From positions 13,667 through 77,666 of the forward strand of contig JAUCBJ010008826.1 in assembly GCA_032718475.1 (NCBI GenBank): 64,000 nt of DNA, in the 5' to 3' direction. Numbering within the stretch: position 1 is the first letter of the stretch; each line of letters starts with the position of its first letter. Below the pieces are notes generated by a model. It was given only the letters and a program-made list of their open reading frames with translations, was not told where the DNA came from and ran no database searches. The position numbers and the translations under genes were made by a program. Of this stretch, positions 36,244 through 49,300 are shown piece by piece. Source of the DNA: Nemertoderma westbladi. Lineage: Eukaryota; Animalia; Xenacoelomorpha.

Positions 36244-37396
36244 TGTTCGCGCTTTTAGACCTTTAGCAGTTTAACCTGCCAAATTTAGGTGTCTTTTAGG
36301 TTATAAATCGACTTTAGCCTATGACGAGTATTTGATACACTACATTAGCCGAAGCCAGTCTATGCGCGACCATTCACCCGCTGGATATACCCGGGAGACT
36401 GGATTCGGAAGCTCTGACCTTATTGCGGTGTAGGCCTACTGTATTATTCGACTGATCGTTAATATATAATCTCTGACAAATATTATTCACTTTCGGGAAA
36501 TATCAACAGTTCCTTTGGGACGTGGCGCTCTAAGTATGTAAACAGAGTTATGACTTACACTAAACACAACGGGATGGCTAATGATTCACGTATAAAGCGC
36601 ATTCTTTAGGAGATGCTTTGTTATCTGTCACAGTCATGCACACTACCGCACAATGCTGCACACCGATCTGCCGACCTTGACTAATTTTAGTCACATATAA
36701 AGAGAACAGCAACTGACACATGTAGTGCCTATGAAATAGCATTAGATTCATTCAAAACCAATATAATGTAAGTCGCAATTGCTATATGTAACCGGTCTCT
36801 TACCTTCAGTATATCAAGAAGATTGGGGTTTTATGATTATTTATCGATATTATCCAAATATAATAATATTCCATCAACTGATACAATTAATAACCGACAG
36901 TAAATAGCAGTAAATAATGCGGTGTTTGTAGGTGACAATATGATTTGAGCATGTACTGGTTTGATATGGTTTGATTTGCAGTGTGATAGGATAACAGTTA
37001 TACGTTTCTATGATCAAAGCCTACTAATGTTTGGCTAAAGCCTGAAACACAGAATAATTCTAAAGCCGGTCTTCTGGCATCAGGAAAAAAGGTAAACATA
37101 AACCGTAATGCATTGCGCGATTTCCCGGAGGTTTCTGTACAAAGAACATGAGAATCGCTCTGATTGGTTGACCGAACAAAGAAACAAAGGAAAAGTTACA
37201 CGTGTACATATCAGCTGATAGATGTCGTCATAGTAACTACACTGTATCAAGAGGATTTTGGCTTATTGCGACATAAAATCGCTAGTTATGTCCGCTAAAT
37301 TACACATACAGAAGAAATGGCTTTTTATGTCCGTTAAAACACCTACAGAGTACTTTGCGGGGAAAATAACCAGCTAATTCCGCAAAAGCCTTTACA
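36244..37396 (-). repeat. 3' LTR of copy B
   Basis: Direct repeat of 53938-55130, lacking one ~41-bp unit. Confidence 0.95.
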
Positions 37397-37474
37397 CCGC
37401 TCCCAGAAAATGGGATTTAATTCTATAAAATATAAAAAATCACAGTTTCTAAAATATAAAAATACTCTAAACAG

Positions 37475-40400
37475 TTAGTCTTTCTTGCGCGGACGGCGTT
37501 GACGCAGTTTTTTGAGGCTAGCAAGAGTCCTTTTCTCTTTGGGGCGAGCCACTTTACTAGGAGGGCTATAACTCCTGGGTGAAGGGTGCAATACAATTGC
37601 ATCAGAAGGTTTAGGATTACGGTCGGTGTATCCGCCGGTCGAGGTACCTGGTTGATCGATATCAACTTCAGAGGAGCGAGGTCTAACGGCCTTTAGGGCG
37701 TGTCTTAGGACAGCAGCTCCTACTGGTCCCTGACGAGTCATCTGGACGATAGTGGTAGGTGGACCGTGAGTGGTGAGAAACTTCCTCGGTTTAATGGTTC
37801 TTTCCAGCTCGCGTTCTCAGGCTCGATATTCGTAGGGCCATCGATGTACTTCCTGTAACTCAGGGTGCAAGTTGATAAATAAATCGCCATACTCAGGGTC
37901 TTGACGGATGAAATTGATCAAATGGTATGAATTAATATCGTTAGGATTGACGTTCCTGAGATATTTTCGAACAAATTTGGTGGAAATACACTCACCAACA
38001 CACTTCATTAGTTCGTAACTCGGTGTGCGTGTTTTTTGTTCAACAGACGCGAATAGATAAGGATGGAACGCGTAAACTCCTTCGTAGGCGCGTCCAGGGT
38101 AATAGCGATGGCGGGACTCACAATGTAAATCCGCATTCGCTTCCCAAGCTCGGATGTAGCGCAGGGTAATCATCTCATCTACGCTTTCCAGATCGCGGTT
38201 AAAAGGGCAATCATAACTGGCATGTCCTTTAAGTTGACAGTGGTGGCATTGAGTCATAAATTGGGGGCAGACTGCGAAAATGTGCGAGTTATTGAGTCTG
38301 CAATACGCACAATAGATCTCCATCATCGGTTGTTCATGGAAATAGGAGCAGGGTACGTCTGAGTCCATAGGGGTGAAATGATCTCTCTATGCGCATAATC
38401 GGCAACGTTTTCGAGAAACATAGTTGGCGTGCCGATAATCATATGCGGTGAGACATTGTGGACCTTGATACCATTCCAAGACGTAGTCGTTATCGCTGCT
38501 CCGGGGCGCTGTAGGCTGAATCTCCTCAGATTCTAAGCATATTGGTTCGTCTTCCAATTGCATAGCTGAGGTAGGTGCGGCTGTCTCCGCAAGCGAACCC
38601 ACTGTCTGAACTTCCACGACGGAATAACCCGTGGGTATTCGAGGTCTTTGTATAACAGATGAATGTAAGTTCTGTATACAAACGTCCTTGAAAAGGGCGA
38701 ATCCTGCGCTGTCTAACTTCTCTGCAGCTGAGTCTCTTAGGCTGAGTTTGGTCAGAGCGCGGTCCTTGAACTGACTATCAACGTTACGGAACGGAGTCAG
38801 AAAGCGCCTGAAACATTCGAAGCGGATGAATTTATTGTGTTCATCTAGCTTGGCGATTTTGGTTCCAAGTATTAAGGGATGGGCGCGTATGGTACGACTG
38901 CACACATCGGCTAGCCAACCAGCAAGTGCGGCATTTTCAAAGATCATGTATATAGCTAAGGAGGGACGAAGTGGAACGCTCATAAAGCTATACACGGCGC
39001 CAGGTGCGGTCAATGGTCTGTCAAAGTATAATCGAGAATAATGATCTCCATATACTTGTTGGTAGTTGATAGGATTTCCAACCTTGAAATTCCATCCGTA
39101 TTCTTGAAAGGCAAGATGTCCGATGGAGGTTCGTTGTACTTTAGTAATGCCGCTGGGTGTATTTGCATACATAGTGCAGAAGAAACCTCAGCCTTCTGCC
39201 CAGGGAGCAATCAGCTGAGTATCGACGAAAGGGTATGGAATGTTCTCCATGTTCCGAAAGTCGTTTTGGAGATCTCTGTAAACAGCTGAGCCGATTTTAA
39301 GGATTCTTTCTTTAAACAACATCTCGAGCACGGGCTGGGGTAACATCGATCCATCGATACCCATGGCCGATTTGCGCTCGGTGTCGGTGACGTAACGCTG
39401 CGCGATTTCGAATTGTCCATGTCGGAGTTTCTTTTGTATCTCGGTAAGGGTCTCAAAAGAATAATCAATCACATCGGAACACGCTCGAGTAAATACGTGG
39501 GTAGAACCAGGTAGTCCTCGTATATGTATCATGCGCGTAGTTCCCAGTTCTCCAACCGGAACGCTACCTTCGTTATCGTAAGTGACAACTCCATACATCT
39601 CGATAACGTTAAGAGTCTCATTCCACTCTTTAGAGGCGTTTTCTAGAGTCATTCCCACTGGATGCCACAAGGTAGTGCATTCGCTAGCATTAGGTAGATC
39701 TCTATACTTTAAATATTGTGTAGTATATGTTTCTACATCTCCATATCGTTGTATTCTTTCCTCCTCGGATAACACGTCGAGATTCCAGTGTACTAATCGA
39801 GTTTTGATGAATCCATCAAGATTATACGGAGGTATTGTCTCTTTCTCTATTCTGGAAACATTATAGGGTTTTCGAAATGAGTTTACTTTGACTAACTGAT
39901 CCAGATGTTTCTGCAGTTGTTCGACTTCGACAAGATCGAGAGGATTTATTAGTGGTAGAAACCTCAGACTATGTGTAGGATCTTCCGGTTTTACCATGTA
40001 ATATTGCATTAGATTGACATAATAAGGGTGATCTTTGATCCCATAAAACGAGTTCAGTAAAGGTCTAGCGCGTATGTTAACCTCGTGTACCATACGACGG
40101 ACAAGATCCGCTCTATTGTCCGGAGGTTCAACGAGTATACCATCGACACGAGCGGCCTCGATTGGCGGACGTTGCAACATGGGAGCGTCAGTGATAAGAT
40201 CTCGAGATCTTAGGTTGATATCAACCGGTTGAGGCTGTGCCGTGGCGAAGAGTTTGTCTCTGAAATGGGGAACCATCGAAGGATGGATGATGGTTTTAGA
40301 ATAGAGATCCGTCATAAGGATTTGAGCTTCTGGCTGGGCTAAAGCTGCTTCTTCTCTCTCATCCATTTCTATGTGTTTCTCCTCGAGCTGATTTTCCTCA

Positions 40401-41728
40401 GCTTGTTGTTGTAAACGCTCGTCTAGGAACTCTTGTAGAGAGTAGGTTCGTCCACGTTCGATGTCTTCCTCGAGATTCTGGATTTCTCTATCGAACTGAG
40501 GTAAAGCTAATTCTTTCACCGCTTGGACTTGTTGCTGCAATTTGCGTTTCTCTAAACAATCGTAAGTTCCTTTTCCGATCTTCTGCCGAATAGCGTCTAA
40601 CGCGTTTCGTACAACGCTCTCTTCGACTTCGGAAACGGGTTGTATCGGGGTTAAGCCTGGACGGTTGTACGGGTTAAACGGCGATATTAGATGACCGCGT
40701 CCTAATCCGGCTAGGTAGGGTTGGCGAATATCTAGAGAGCCCACTACCGGAGTGCCACCGATTAATTGTTCGGGTAACACAAGATCTTTAAATAGTGAGT
40801 ACAGTTCAGGGGGATCCGTTATACTATTAGGATCAAGCGTTTGAGGTCTCACTGAGGAATGAGGAGGTCTGACCGAGTATTCCGGAACTCTGATCATCGG
40901 TTTATTTAAGGATTGTTTGAGTCGAGCGAGCGTAGGTGATACGTCGAACAGGTTTCGCTCGAAACTCCCATAAGTATATCGTGTAAAACTGTGTTTAGCG
41001 CAACGTCTCCGCGGATGTTTATGTCTTTCCGTTTGCTGATTGGGTCTAGGGCATTCATCACAGTAATACCAAAGACGCACGTCCTGCAGGGGAAACGCGG
41101 GTGATCGTTCTCCAGTTTTACAATATTCCTCCATCTGCTCGAAGCTATCTGGGACGACAGGTAGCGGTCGATCGGCGGTAAGATACATCATAGTAAAATA
41201 GAGTCGTTTGAGTTCTATCATAGGGTCATGATGTATACCTTGAGGATATCGAGTTTCTAGATTTTGTTGACTGGCAATATTGAGATATGTTTCTCTCAGG
41301 AATTCCAGATAATCGTTGAAGTCGCTGCGTTTATCCGGCTCTTCAACGTCTTCCCTTTCGAGTCTGTTTCGAATAGAATTCTCGTGTTCTATTCTCGGTT
41401 TATCGTTCCGACTCCGCTGGGTATGATATTTAAATAAAACCATTTCCCTTTCGGTGTCTACATCGTCCGTATCGTGTAAATCGATAGGATGGCCAGTAGT
41501 TAAGAAGTCCATATACGTACCATTACGATGCGTATAGCGAGCGGTGAATTTTCTATAGTCCAATTCACACGTAAGTTGCTCCTGGGACATTGGCGGTTCG
41601 ATATAACGACCATCATCCTCTGTAGTAGTTGGACCAGCGTCGCCGCGTATCAAGCTATCAACAAACGCTTGTAAAGGTAGAGTATATCGCTCCCTGATAC
41701 CAAGATCATCTTCTATCAACTCAGTCAT
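37475..41728 (-). pseudogene. Accessory ORF3, ~1417 codons with three in-frame stops: putative DEDDy 3'-5' exonuclease plus zinc-knuckle protein
   Basis: ORFs 39188-41728, 38387-39172, 37817-38368 and 37475-37741 share one frame, and the gaps between them are open. Exo-like motifs GVVTYDNEG, LPQPVLEMLFKERILKIGSAVYRDL, FVDTQLIA, SIGHLAFQEYG and LAIYMIFENAA. Knuckles CRLCA*RDH, CAYCRLNNSHIFAVC and CHHCQLKGHASYDC. Confidence 0.8.
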
Positions 41729-41828
41729 ATCTGCTATATGAGTTTATCGATATTATAATGAGTTTATATTTAGGCTAGCGGGCGTCGCTGCCTACCCCTC
41801 TCTGCCCCCGGACAGTGCAAGATCCTCA

Positions 41829-41899
41829 GCGCCGATGTACCGTCGTCGCTGTGTTTTTCGCCAATGTAGTAGCTACACAACGACAACGATAACCGGCAC
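41829..41899 (-). ncRNA. Conserved 71-nt RNA hairpin upstream of ORF3 (copy B)
   Basis: GUGCCGGU/AUCGGCGC outer stem and a fully paired 17-bp inner stem UAUCGUUGUCGUUGUGU/ACACAGCGACGACGGUA with G-U pairs. Confidence 0.6.
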
Positions 41900-43366
41900 A
41901 AGTCACTCCACTGTCCGTCCCAAAGGCTTAGATTTACTTCAGGTTCTTGCTACAGAGTTAGGGCTACTTTCACAATTGCGACTCGCTACTGTAAACACAC
42001 TTTAGTAGTAACATTCACCTATAAACGCACAAATTCCACACAACTGTCACAAATTGTACACATCCGGGCCATTTGTCCGTTAGTCAGTGCCTTCCAGAAT
42101 GCCACGTTATTATTATGTATCCTTGGATACTAGCAGTGTGCTATTTACTCGATATGCTATTCAATGGGGCAAGCTTTCTATTGTTCTTTTAACTCACTTC
42201 TAATTCTAGCGTGGTTGTTGCTATGGTGACATTATGGAAAGCTAGCGGTAGAATTAGGGTAATTCTCATGCATACAGATCTGGGATGCTATTTAATAGTA
42301 ATTCTTTAATTGTCGATATCCCCTTTATACATGATTTTATGAATTTTATCGGCTATTGACTATATATTGGAGATTCTCGCACACTAATACACTTAATAGG
42401 GTGAATCTCCGCTCCCATGATCTATTAATTTATGGAATTTTGGGAATATTATAAATTGTATAAAAATAACAATTTATAAAATTCATTAAAAGATGAATTT
42501 AAATTTATTCCCGTAAATTTTATTATTTAATATTAAATAGACACAATTTTATTCCAGAACATGTCTGGGGACTAGGATCCTTGATTCTAGGAAATTGGTC
42601 TTTTTAAGAATATCGGTAAGTGCTACGATATCTTAATAGACTAGAATTTTAAAGGATCTAAAATTTGACAGATTTTATAAATATTAATAATTAATATTTA
42701 AGATGGGCACCGGTTTATTCCAGAACATGTCTGGGGACGTTAACCATTGATTCTAGAATTTTGTCTTTCAAGTATATCGGTGGGTGCCGCGATATCTTAA
42801 TCGAATAGAATTACAGATGGTCAAAGGGTTTAACAGATTTATTTTGCGTTTTACGCTACTGTTAAAGGGACATCACGCTACTATATGTATTATTTAATAT
42901 ACGGTATGAGAGCAATATCGTAAGAAGCAATGTCAGTGAGAAGAGGCAAGTCGTTTCCAAGGTCTACCCAGAGCTTGGTTTAGCCGAGACACGAGGATCT
43001 GAATTTTGCATTCCTAATACTCTACTTACCAATAATACTTGAATATAGTAGGAGCTTTATTGTACTTTAATAAGTACGGATATTTCATCTTACTGTAGTC
43101 ACGTATTTATAATGTAATACGAACAGTAAGGAAAGAGAAAAAGAATTATTTCTCGCCGTCGCACTAAATATATAATATATAAGTAATTAAGTAATAAACG
43201 CGAATATATATATGGCACTAATCTACTAAATAATCGCTAAAATAACATTCTACTAAATAAAATTAAAGAAAACGATTATAATAAAATTACATAATAATAC
43301 ATACATAAATATAAAATAATGAAACAAATATAAAATAGTATACTCATACACCCACTCCAGATGCTG

Positions 43367-46300
43367 TTATGTTGGGGAGTCCCTAGATGTTTGTTGGATT
43401 AGGGAGGTGGTCATGGGAAGAGTATCTTGCCTTCCATAGTTTCCGGAGAGTTCTCTGTCTCTTTCCAGTAAACATAAACGACCAACTGGGCGATTGAGCT
43501 GCTGTGTCTCGAAGACAATTCCCGGTTTCTTAAAGTTACGTCGCATGACGACGAGTTCTACCGATCGCACTAAACCATCATCCGAGATGTGAGTCTCGAT
43601 GATACGACCTGTCTGCCACCGCTTACGTGGAAGATCTGAATCCACAATAAGGACCATGTCTCCAGCGCTGACGTTTTCTTGCTGCTCAAACCACTTAGTT
43701 CGAAGTTGTAGATAATGTGTGTAATTTGCAGATAATGTTTTTCGAAATGGTCAGCGAAACGACGGGATAACAACTGCATAAGTTGCCAAGTTTGCCGGCA
43801 GTATTCGTCTCCGTCTGTGATTTCCGATCGTGGGAGCATGGCTACAGGTTTCTTCAGTAGGAAGTGCGCGGGTGTTAGCGCTTCCAGGGAATCGGGACTC
43901 GATGAGACTGGCATAAGCGGTCTCTCGTTGAGATAGGCGGCGATTTCCTCCATTAACGTCCGCAAAAGTTCGTCGGTGAGATACGCGCGGCACGGCACTA
44001 TGAAGTGAAATGCGGTCTTCACGCTCCTGATTAATCTCTCCCAACTTCCTCCCCACCAAGGGGCGTCGGCGGCGTTGAAGGTTCAGCTAGACGCTGTTAC
44101 CCTTAGCTGATCGTCCACCTGTCTTTGGTTCCAATCTTTGACGTAAGCCTTGATTTCATTGTTGGCACCAATGAAGTTCGTTCCCTTATCAGATCTCATC
44201 GTGTTACTAGTTCCAAAGCGAGCGATCTGTTGTCGTAAGCTCAATAGGAAGCTGTTGGTAGATAAATCGTTCACCATATCGAGATGGATAGCTCTACAAG
44301 TCATACAAACAAAGATGACACACCATCTCTTGACTATAGTCCTAGCACGATATACTTCAATAGGGCCAAATAAATCTACACCGGTATTAGTAAAAGGTGG
44401 TTCATAGAAGCTTACTCGTTCCCTAGGTAATTCTGCCTCTCGCTGTGTTAAAGGCCTACTGAATGCTTTCCTACAGGGTATGCAGTTCCTAAGAACTTGG
44501 TTCAGAGCTCTACGGGGTTTATAAAAATAATAGCGAGTTCGAATTTCGCTAAGAACTCGTTCTCTACCAGCATGATAAAGATTGCTGTGAACATCTACAA
44601 TCATCTTGATTTGTATTTCCAGATTTCTAATGAGTATGGGAAACTTAGTATCAAAGGATAATGGAGCATTAATTAATCTTCCTCCAACACGTATCAACCC
44701 ATCTATCATTGTGCTAGAGAAACGATCCCTTAAGCGCATCTGTGGATTTCTCAACAACAGGAAGTACTTATCGGAATCCTCATAGCATTGCAGGAGTCTC
44801 AGCATCTGCTTATTGGTTTCTTCATGCTCCTGATAACTGATCTTCTCCTTCAGAAACCTGTCGGATATCTTATATTTGGGAAGATCTTTAACAACATGAA
44901 CCTGCACAGATGTCAGTGGAGCGGTATCACTAGTGGTCTTCGTCCTGGAGTAGTGATGATGAAAACATCGCTTTAAATATGTAATGGCTTTACAGAGCCG
45001 ATTCCAGGAACTATAATGATGTATCGCTCTCTGCAGAAGAGGTGAGAGTCCTTGCGAGACGTCTGGTATTCCAGATTTCCAATCCCTCTCTCTGATTTCC
45101 ACAACAGACTTATTTGTAGCTGTGGGTTTTGGATCCAAAGCGTCGTCTCCGGAAGTGTGTAGTACAGACAGATCTACCACGGGTTTAAATAACTTCGATT
45201 TACTCGCCCGAGTTTTAGGTTTGACTTTCCCCGCTCCCTTGGCCTGTCTAATCTCCGCCGTAGTAAGATGAGGAGGCCATTCATCCACTTCTTTGCTTAG
45301 GAAGTCGGGTCCACCTAACCAGTATGGAGTATCTATCAGTTCTTGTGGAGTTGCTCCCCTGGATGCGATGTCTGCTGGATTAATCGTTCCGGGGCAATGT
45401 CTCCATTGATCCATCTTCGTGCGACTAAGTATAATGGCTACTCTGTTGGTAACGAAGACGCTGAACTGACAGACTTCATTGGTTATATACTCCAACACGA
45501 GTAAAGCATCGGTCCAATAGACAGTTTTCTCCAGTGGATATTCGATCTGTTCTGTTACATTCCGGCCGATGGCTGTAGCGTATAGAGCCGCTTTTAACTC
45601 CGCTCGAGGAACTTTCAACTTGTTGTTTATCAATGCCTTAGAGGTAACCAAGGCGACTTTGATTCCATCTGGAGTTTCCACTCTCAGGTAGGCTACTATA
45701 CCTATTCACATGTCGCTGGCGTCTCCAAACACATGGAGTTGATAGGAATACGTAGGGAGAACATGACCAAAATATGAACGGGAAATTATAAAGTTCTCGA
45801 TGGCTGGTAGAGAATCTTCCCATTTCATCCACTTCTTTAATAGTTCTCCCTTAAGTGGATCGTCCCATGAGTGGTTTTCAAGCCACATTTGTTGTACTAA
45901 ACTCCGAGCAATCAATATAACTGGGCTAATAAATCCCAATGGATCGAAATAAGTGCTCAGGATACTTAAACAAATCCGTTTAGTCCGAACTGGATTATCT
46001 CGCTGTTTGAGCTGGAAAAACAGGATATCTCTCTCTGTGTCCCATTTCAAACCAAGTGTTTTGGTTTCTGGAAGATCGTCTTTGATTAGGTCTAGATCTT
46101 TCGCTCCTCGATCTTCTACCGGAATCGATTCCAGAAACTCACGGGAGTTGCTGGTGAATTTAGTTAATCGAAATCCACCTCTTTTTAAGCACTCTACCGT
46201 TCCTTTGGCGACATCAATGGCTTCTTCCACCGATGGAAGGGACTTTAAATTGTCGTCCATGTATATATCCCGTTTGATGTTGTCGATCACCTCTTTAGAG

Positions 46301-49300
46301 AAGGCGTCCCGGTTGTCATCAGCAGTGGTGCGCACCACTGAGCAGGCGTTTGAAGGGCTTGAGATGATCCCAAAAGCCTGGATGGTCATCCAATACTCCA
46401 CCGGTTTCTGGTTGAGGTCTCCTTCAGGCCACCACAGAAATCGTAGGCTGTCTCGATCCCTATCCAGCGCCTTGACTTGTAAGAACATGCCTTCTATATC
46501 GGAGGCAGAAACGATTTAATATTGTCGTAATCTTAAGAATATTCCCAACAAGGATTGGAGTAAGTTGGGTCCTGATAACAACTCGGAATTAAGGGATTGG
46601 CCCATGTAGAGGGCGGAGCCGTCAAATACTACCCGTACTTCATGGGGTTTACCGGGTTTGGGAACGTAATGATGTGTTAGATAGTACGTTCTCTCAGTTA
46701 TGGTGTTTCTTCCGGTACTCGCTCCGCATATCCCTTGTTAATAAATTTCTTCAACTGAGTCTGGTACATTTCTTTAGCTGAAGCATTTGCCGTAAGGCAT
46801 CGATGTAGTTGAGCAATTCTTTTCTCCGCCAAGGGTCGGTTGTTTATGAATTTTGGTTCTTGCTTTCGGAATGGTAGACCGATTTCATATCTACCTTGAT
46901 CTTTAAGAAAACGTGTAGTTGTCTCCTGGATCTGCTTGGCTCTTTCTTCTTCTACCAATAGGGCCTTATCGTAGGAATTGGGCTCTACAGCCTCTTGAGT
47001 AAAGAATCGCACGGTGTGTTCATCCCGAGTCTTCACGTTATAGCGCTCTATTACGTCATTCAGTTCGTCGTTATAGTCGACTTGTCCTGATGGACGAATG
47101 TGTTGACATAGGTTCACTTGGTTTTGCCAAGTCTCGTTTTCCGTAAGGAGGTTGATGGTATTCTCCTCGTCGAAGAGTTGGTGGATATCGTCATTATCTG
47201 AGGAGTATGGTGTTCCCTCAGTTGGGTCGTCTACCTCACTGATCTCCGCTTCCCATTCACTTACTTGGTATACCCGTTCTTTTGGTAACCTTTCCATGAG
47301 AGTTCTACGGGAAGGGCCAGTAAATTACCAACCTACTCTAGTTCTTCCCGCATAGGCTTGTAGTGGTTGCGGTTGAGCAGGCCGTTTCTCCAATGTCTCA
47401 AGCGCCTCATGCGCATTTTGGCCGATGAGTATTTGCACTCCAGGGTAATATGTGTTGAATCTAGGTATATTAAGCTGCTGGGTGAAATCGTCCTCATCCC
47501 AGTTATAAGGTTCTACTTCGCTGGTAGCGAAGTTCTTTATCGCCACCATTTTTACTGACCTTATACTGTGTTCTCCTAGTTCATCCTGGGGGGTGGACAA
47601 CACACCTACATAATAATCCGCTATTACTGTAGATTTCCAAACCTGCATAATTCCTGACATGTTTAACTTAGTTCGGAACTTGGGTTGTCCAGCAAAGATG
47701 TCTTCGGCAGTTCTTTGTCGATGAATGTCCCTGTGCTACCGGAGTCAAGTAGGGCGTTCACTATATAACTCCTTTCAGGTCCGTGGACCCTCAACTGCAC
47801 TACGGGAAATTCTCGGATTCCTACATTGGAAGTTGGCGCATCTAGGTATATTAAGCTGCTGGGTGAAGTCGTCCTCATCCCAGTTATAAGGTTCTACTTC
47901 GCTGGTAGCGAAGTTCTTTATCGCCACCATTTTTACTGACCTTATACTGTGTTCTCCTAGTTCATCCTGGGGGGTGGACAACACACCTACATAATAATCC
48001 GCTATTACTGTAGATTTCCAAACCTGCATAATTCCTGACATGTTTAACTTAGTTCGGAACTTGGGTTGTCCAGCAAAGATGTCTTCGGCTAGTTCTTTGT
48101 CGATGAATGTCCCTGTGCTACCGGAGTCAAGTAGGGCGTTCACTATATAACTCCTTTCAGGTCCGTGGACCCTCAACTGCACTACGGGAAATTCTCGGAT
48201 TCCTACATTGGAAGTTGGTGCTTTCCAAGATGGTTGTCGGTCAGAAGTAGTTAGGGGGGGCTCGCTGTCGGTGTCCTTTTCGTACGTAAGTGCTTGATAC
48301 ACTGCGGTATTTATCAGGTAACAGGATTCGTTTTCGTCGGAGAATTCGTCCGTATAGAATCCTTCCATCTCAGAACTTTGGTCAGTGTCGTTCACATCAC
48401 TGAATTGGACATGTAGTTCGGACTCACTTACCTGACTCGGGCTGTTTCGTTCGAATTCAGTGTGCAACAAGATATGATGTTTTGCGCCGCACTTTGCACA
48501 CCTTGCGTCGGAGTAACAGGTTCGCCGTTGGTGTCCTTGTCTGAGGCAATTATAACACAACCGCTTATCCCACATGACTTCCCGTCTATCCTTTAATGAT
48601 TTCGTTAGGAATTCATCACACACATTCAAACGGTGGGGCCCGTCACACAGCGCACATTTCGATTTGATGTTACTTACCTTATTTTGAGTGACGTTGTGCA
48701 CACTCGTTCTTTCTTCGGGCTTTCTTACATGAATTCTCTTAGGAGACGTAGGAGGAGTTTTTCTTACCTGTTCTCTCCTGTCATTGGTTCGAGACTTGAA
48801 TTTACTTACGTCTTTAGGCGTTTTGTTGACATAATAAGATCTTTCAGTGTCTTTCCCGCTGTCCTCTTCTTGAGAAGCCTGGCTTTCACCGTCGTCGGTA
48901 TAACACACTGGTGTTACCTTTCTCCTAGAAACGGGTTTCTCACTTACCTTATTTTCCGGTGTCTTCTCTCTGGACTGCTTTAGGAGCTGTAATTTTACTT
49001 CTCCATCTAAGAATGACATGAGATCAGCCATGGTAGGGTCTCGTCGTTGTTGTTCCATCATATATAACACTTTCTTATCCCAGTGAGTACCTACTCCACC
49101 CTTCGGTAAAGTAGAGGCCACGGCTCCAATAACCATAGAACTCTGATATTCATGAGACTTACCTAGCCAATCTAATTGTCTACAGATCTCCTGAATCTCA
49201 TCAGAAAACTCTATAATCCCGCTGCTAATGAACTTTCGGGGGGCTACCAATTTTGCATAGAAATACCTAGCTATGTTATTCCTATTACCATACCTGATGT

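Noticed and set aside
37817-38368. Stand-alone Nanos-like or host zinc-finger gene
   Set aside because: Cys/His spacing is knuckle-type, not Nanos-type, and the ORF is in frame with and part of ORF3 inside the LTR element.
39188-41728. ORF3 as a retroviral-type env
   Set aside because: No signal peptide, furin site plus fusion peptide or C-terminal transmembrane anchor is evident. The protein is hydrophilic with nuclease-like motifs.
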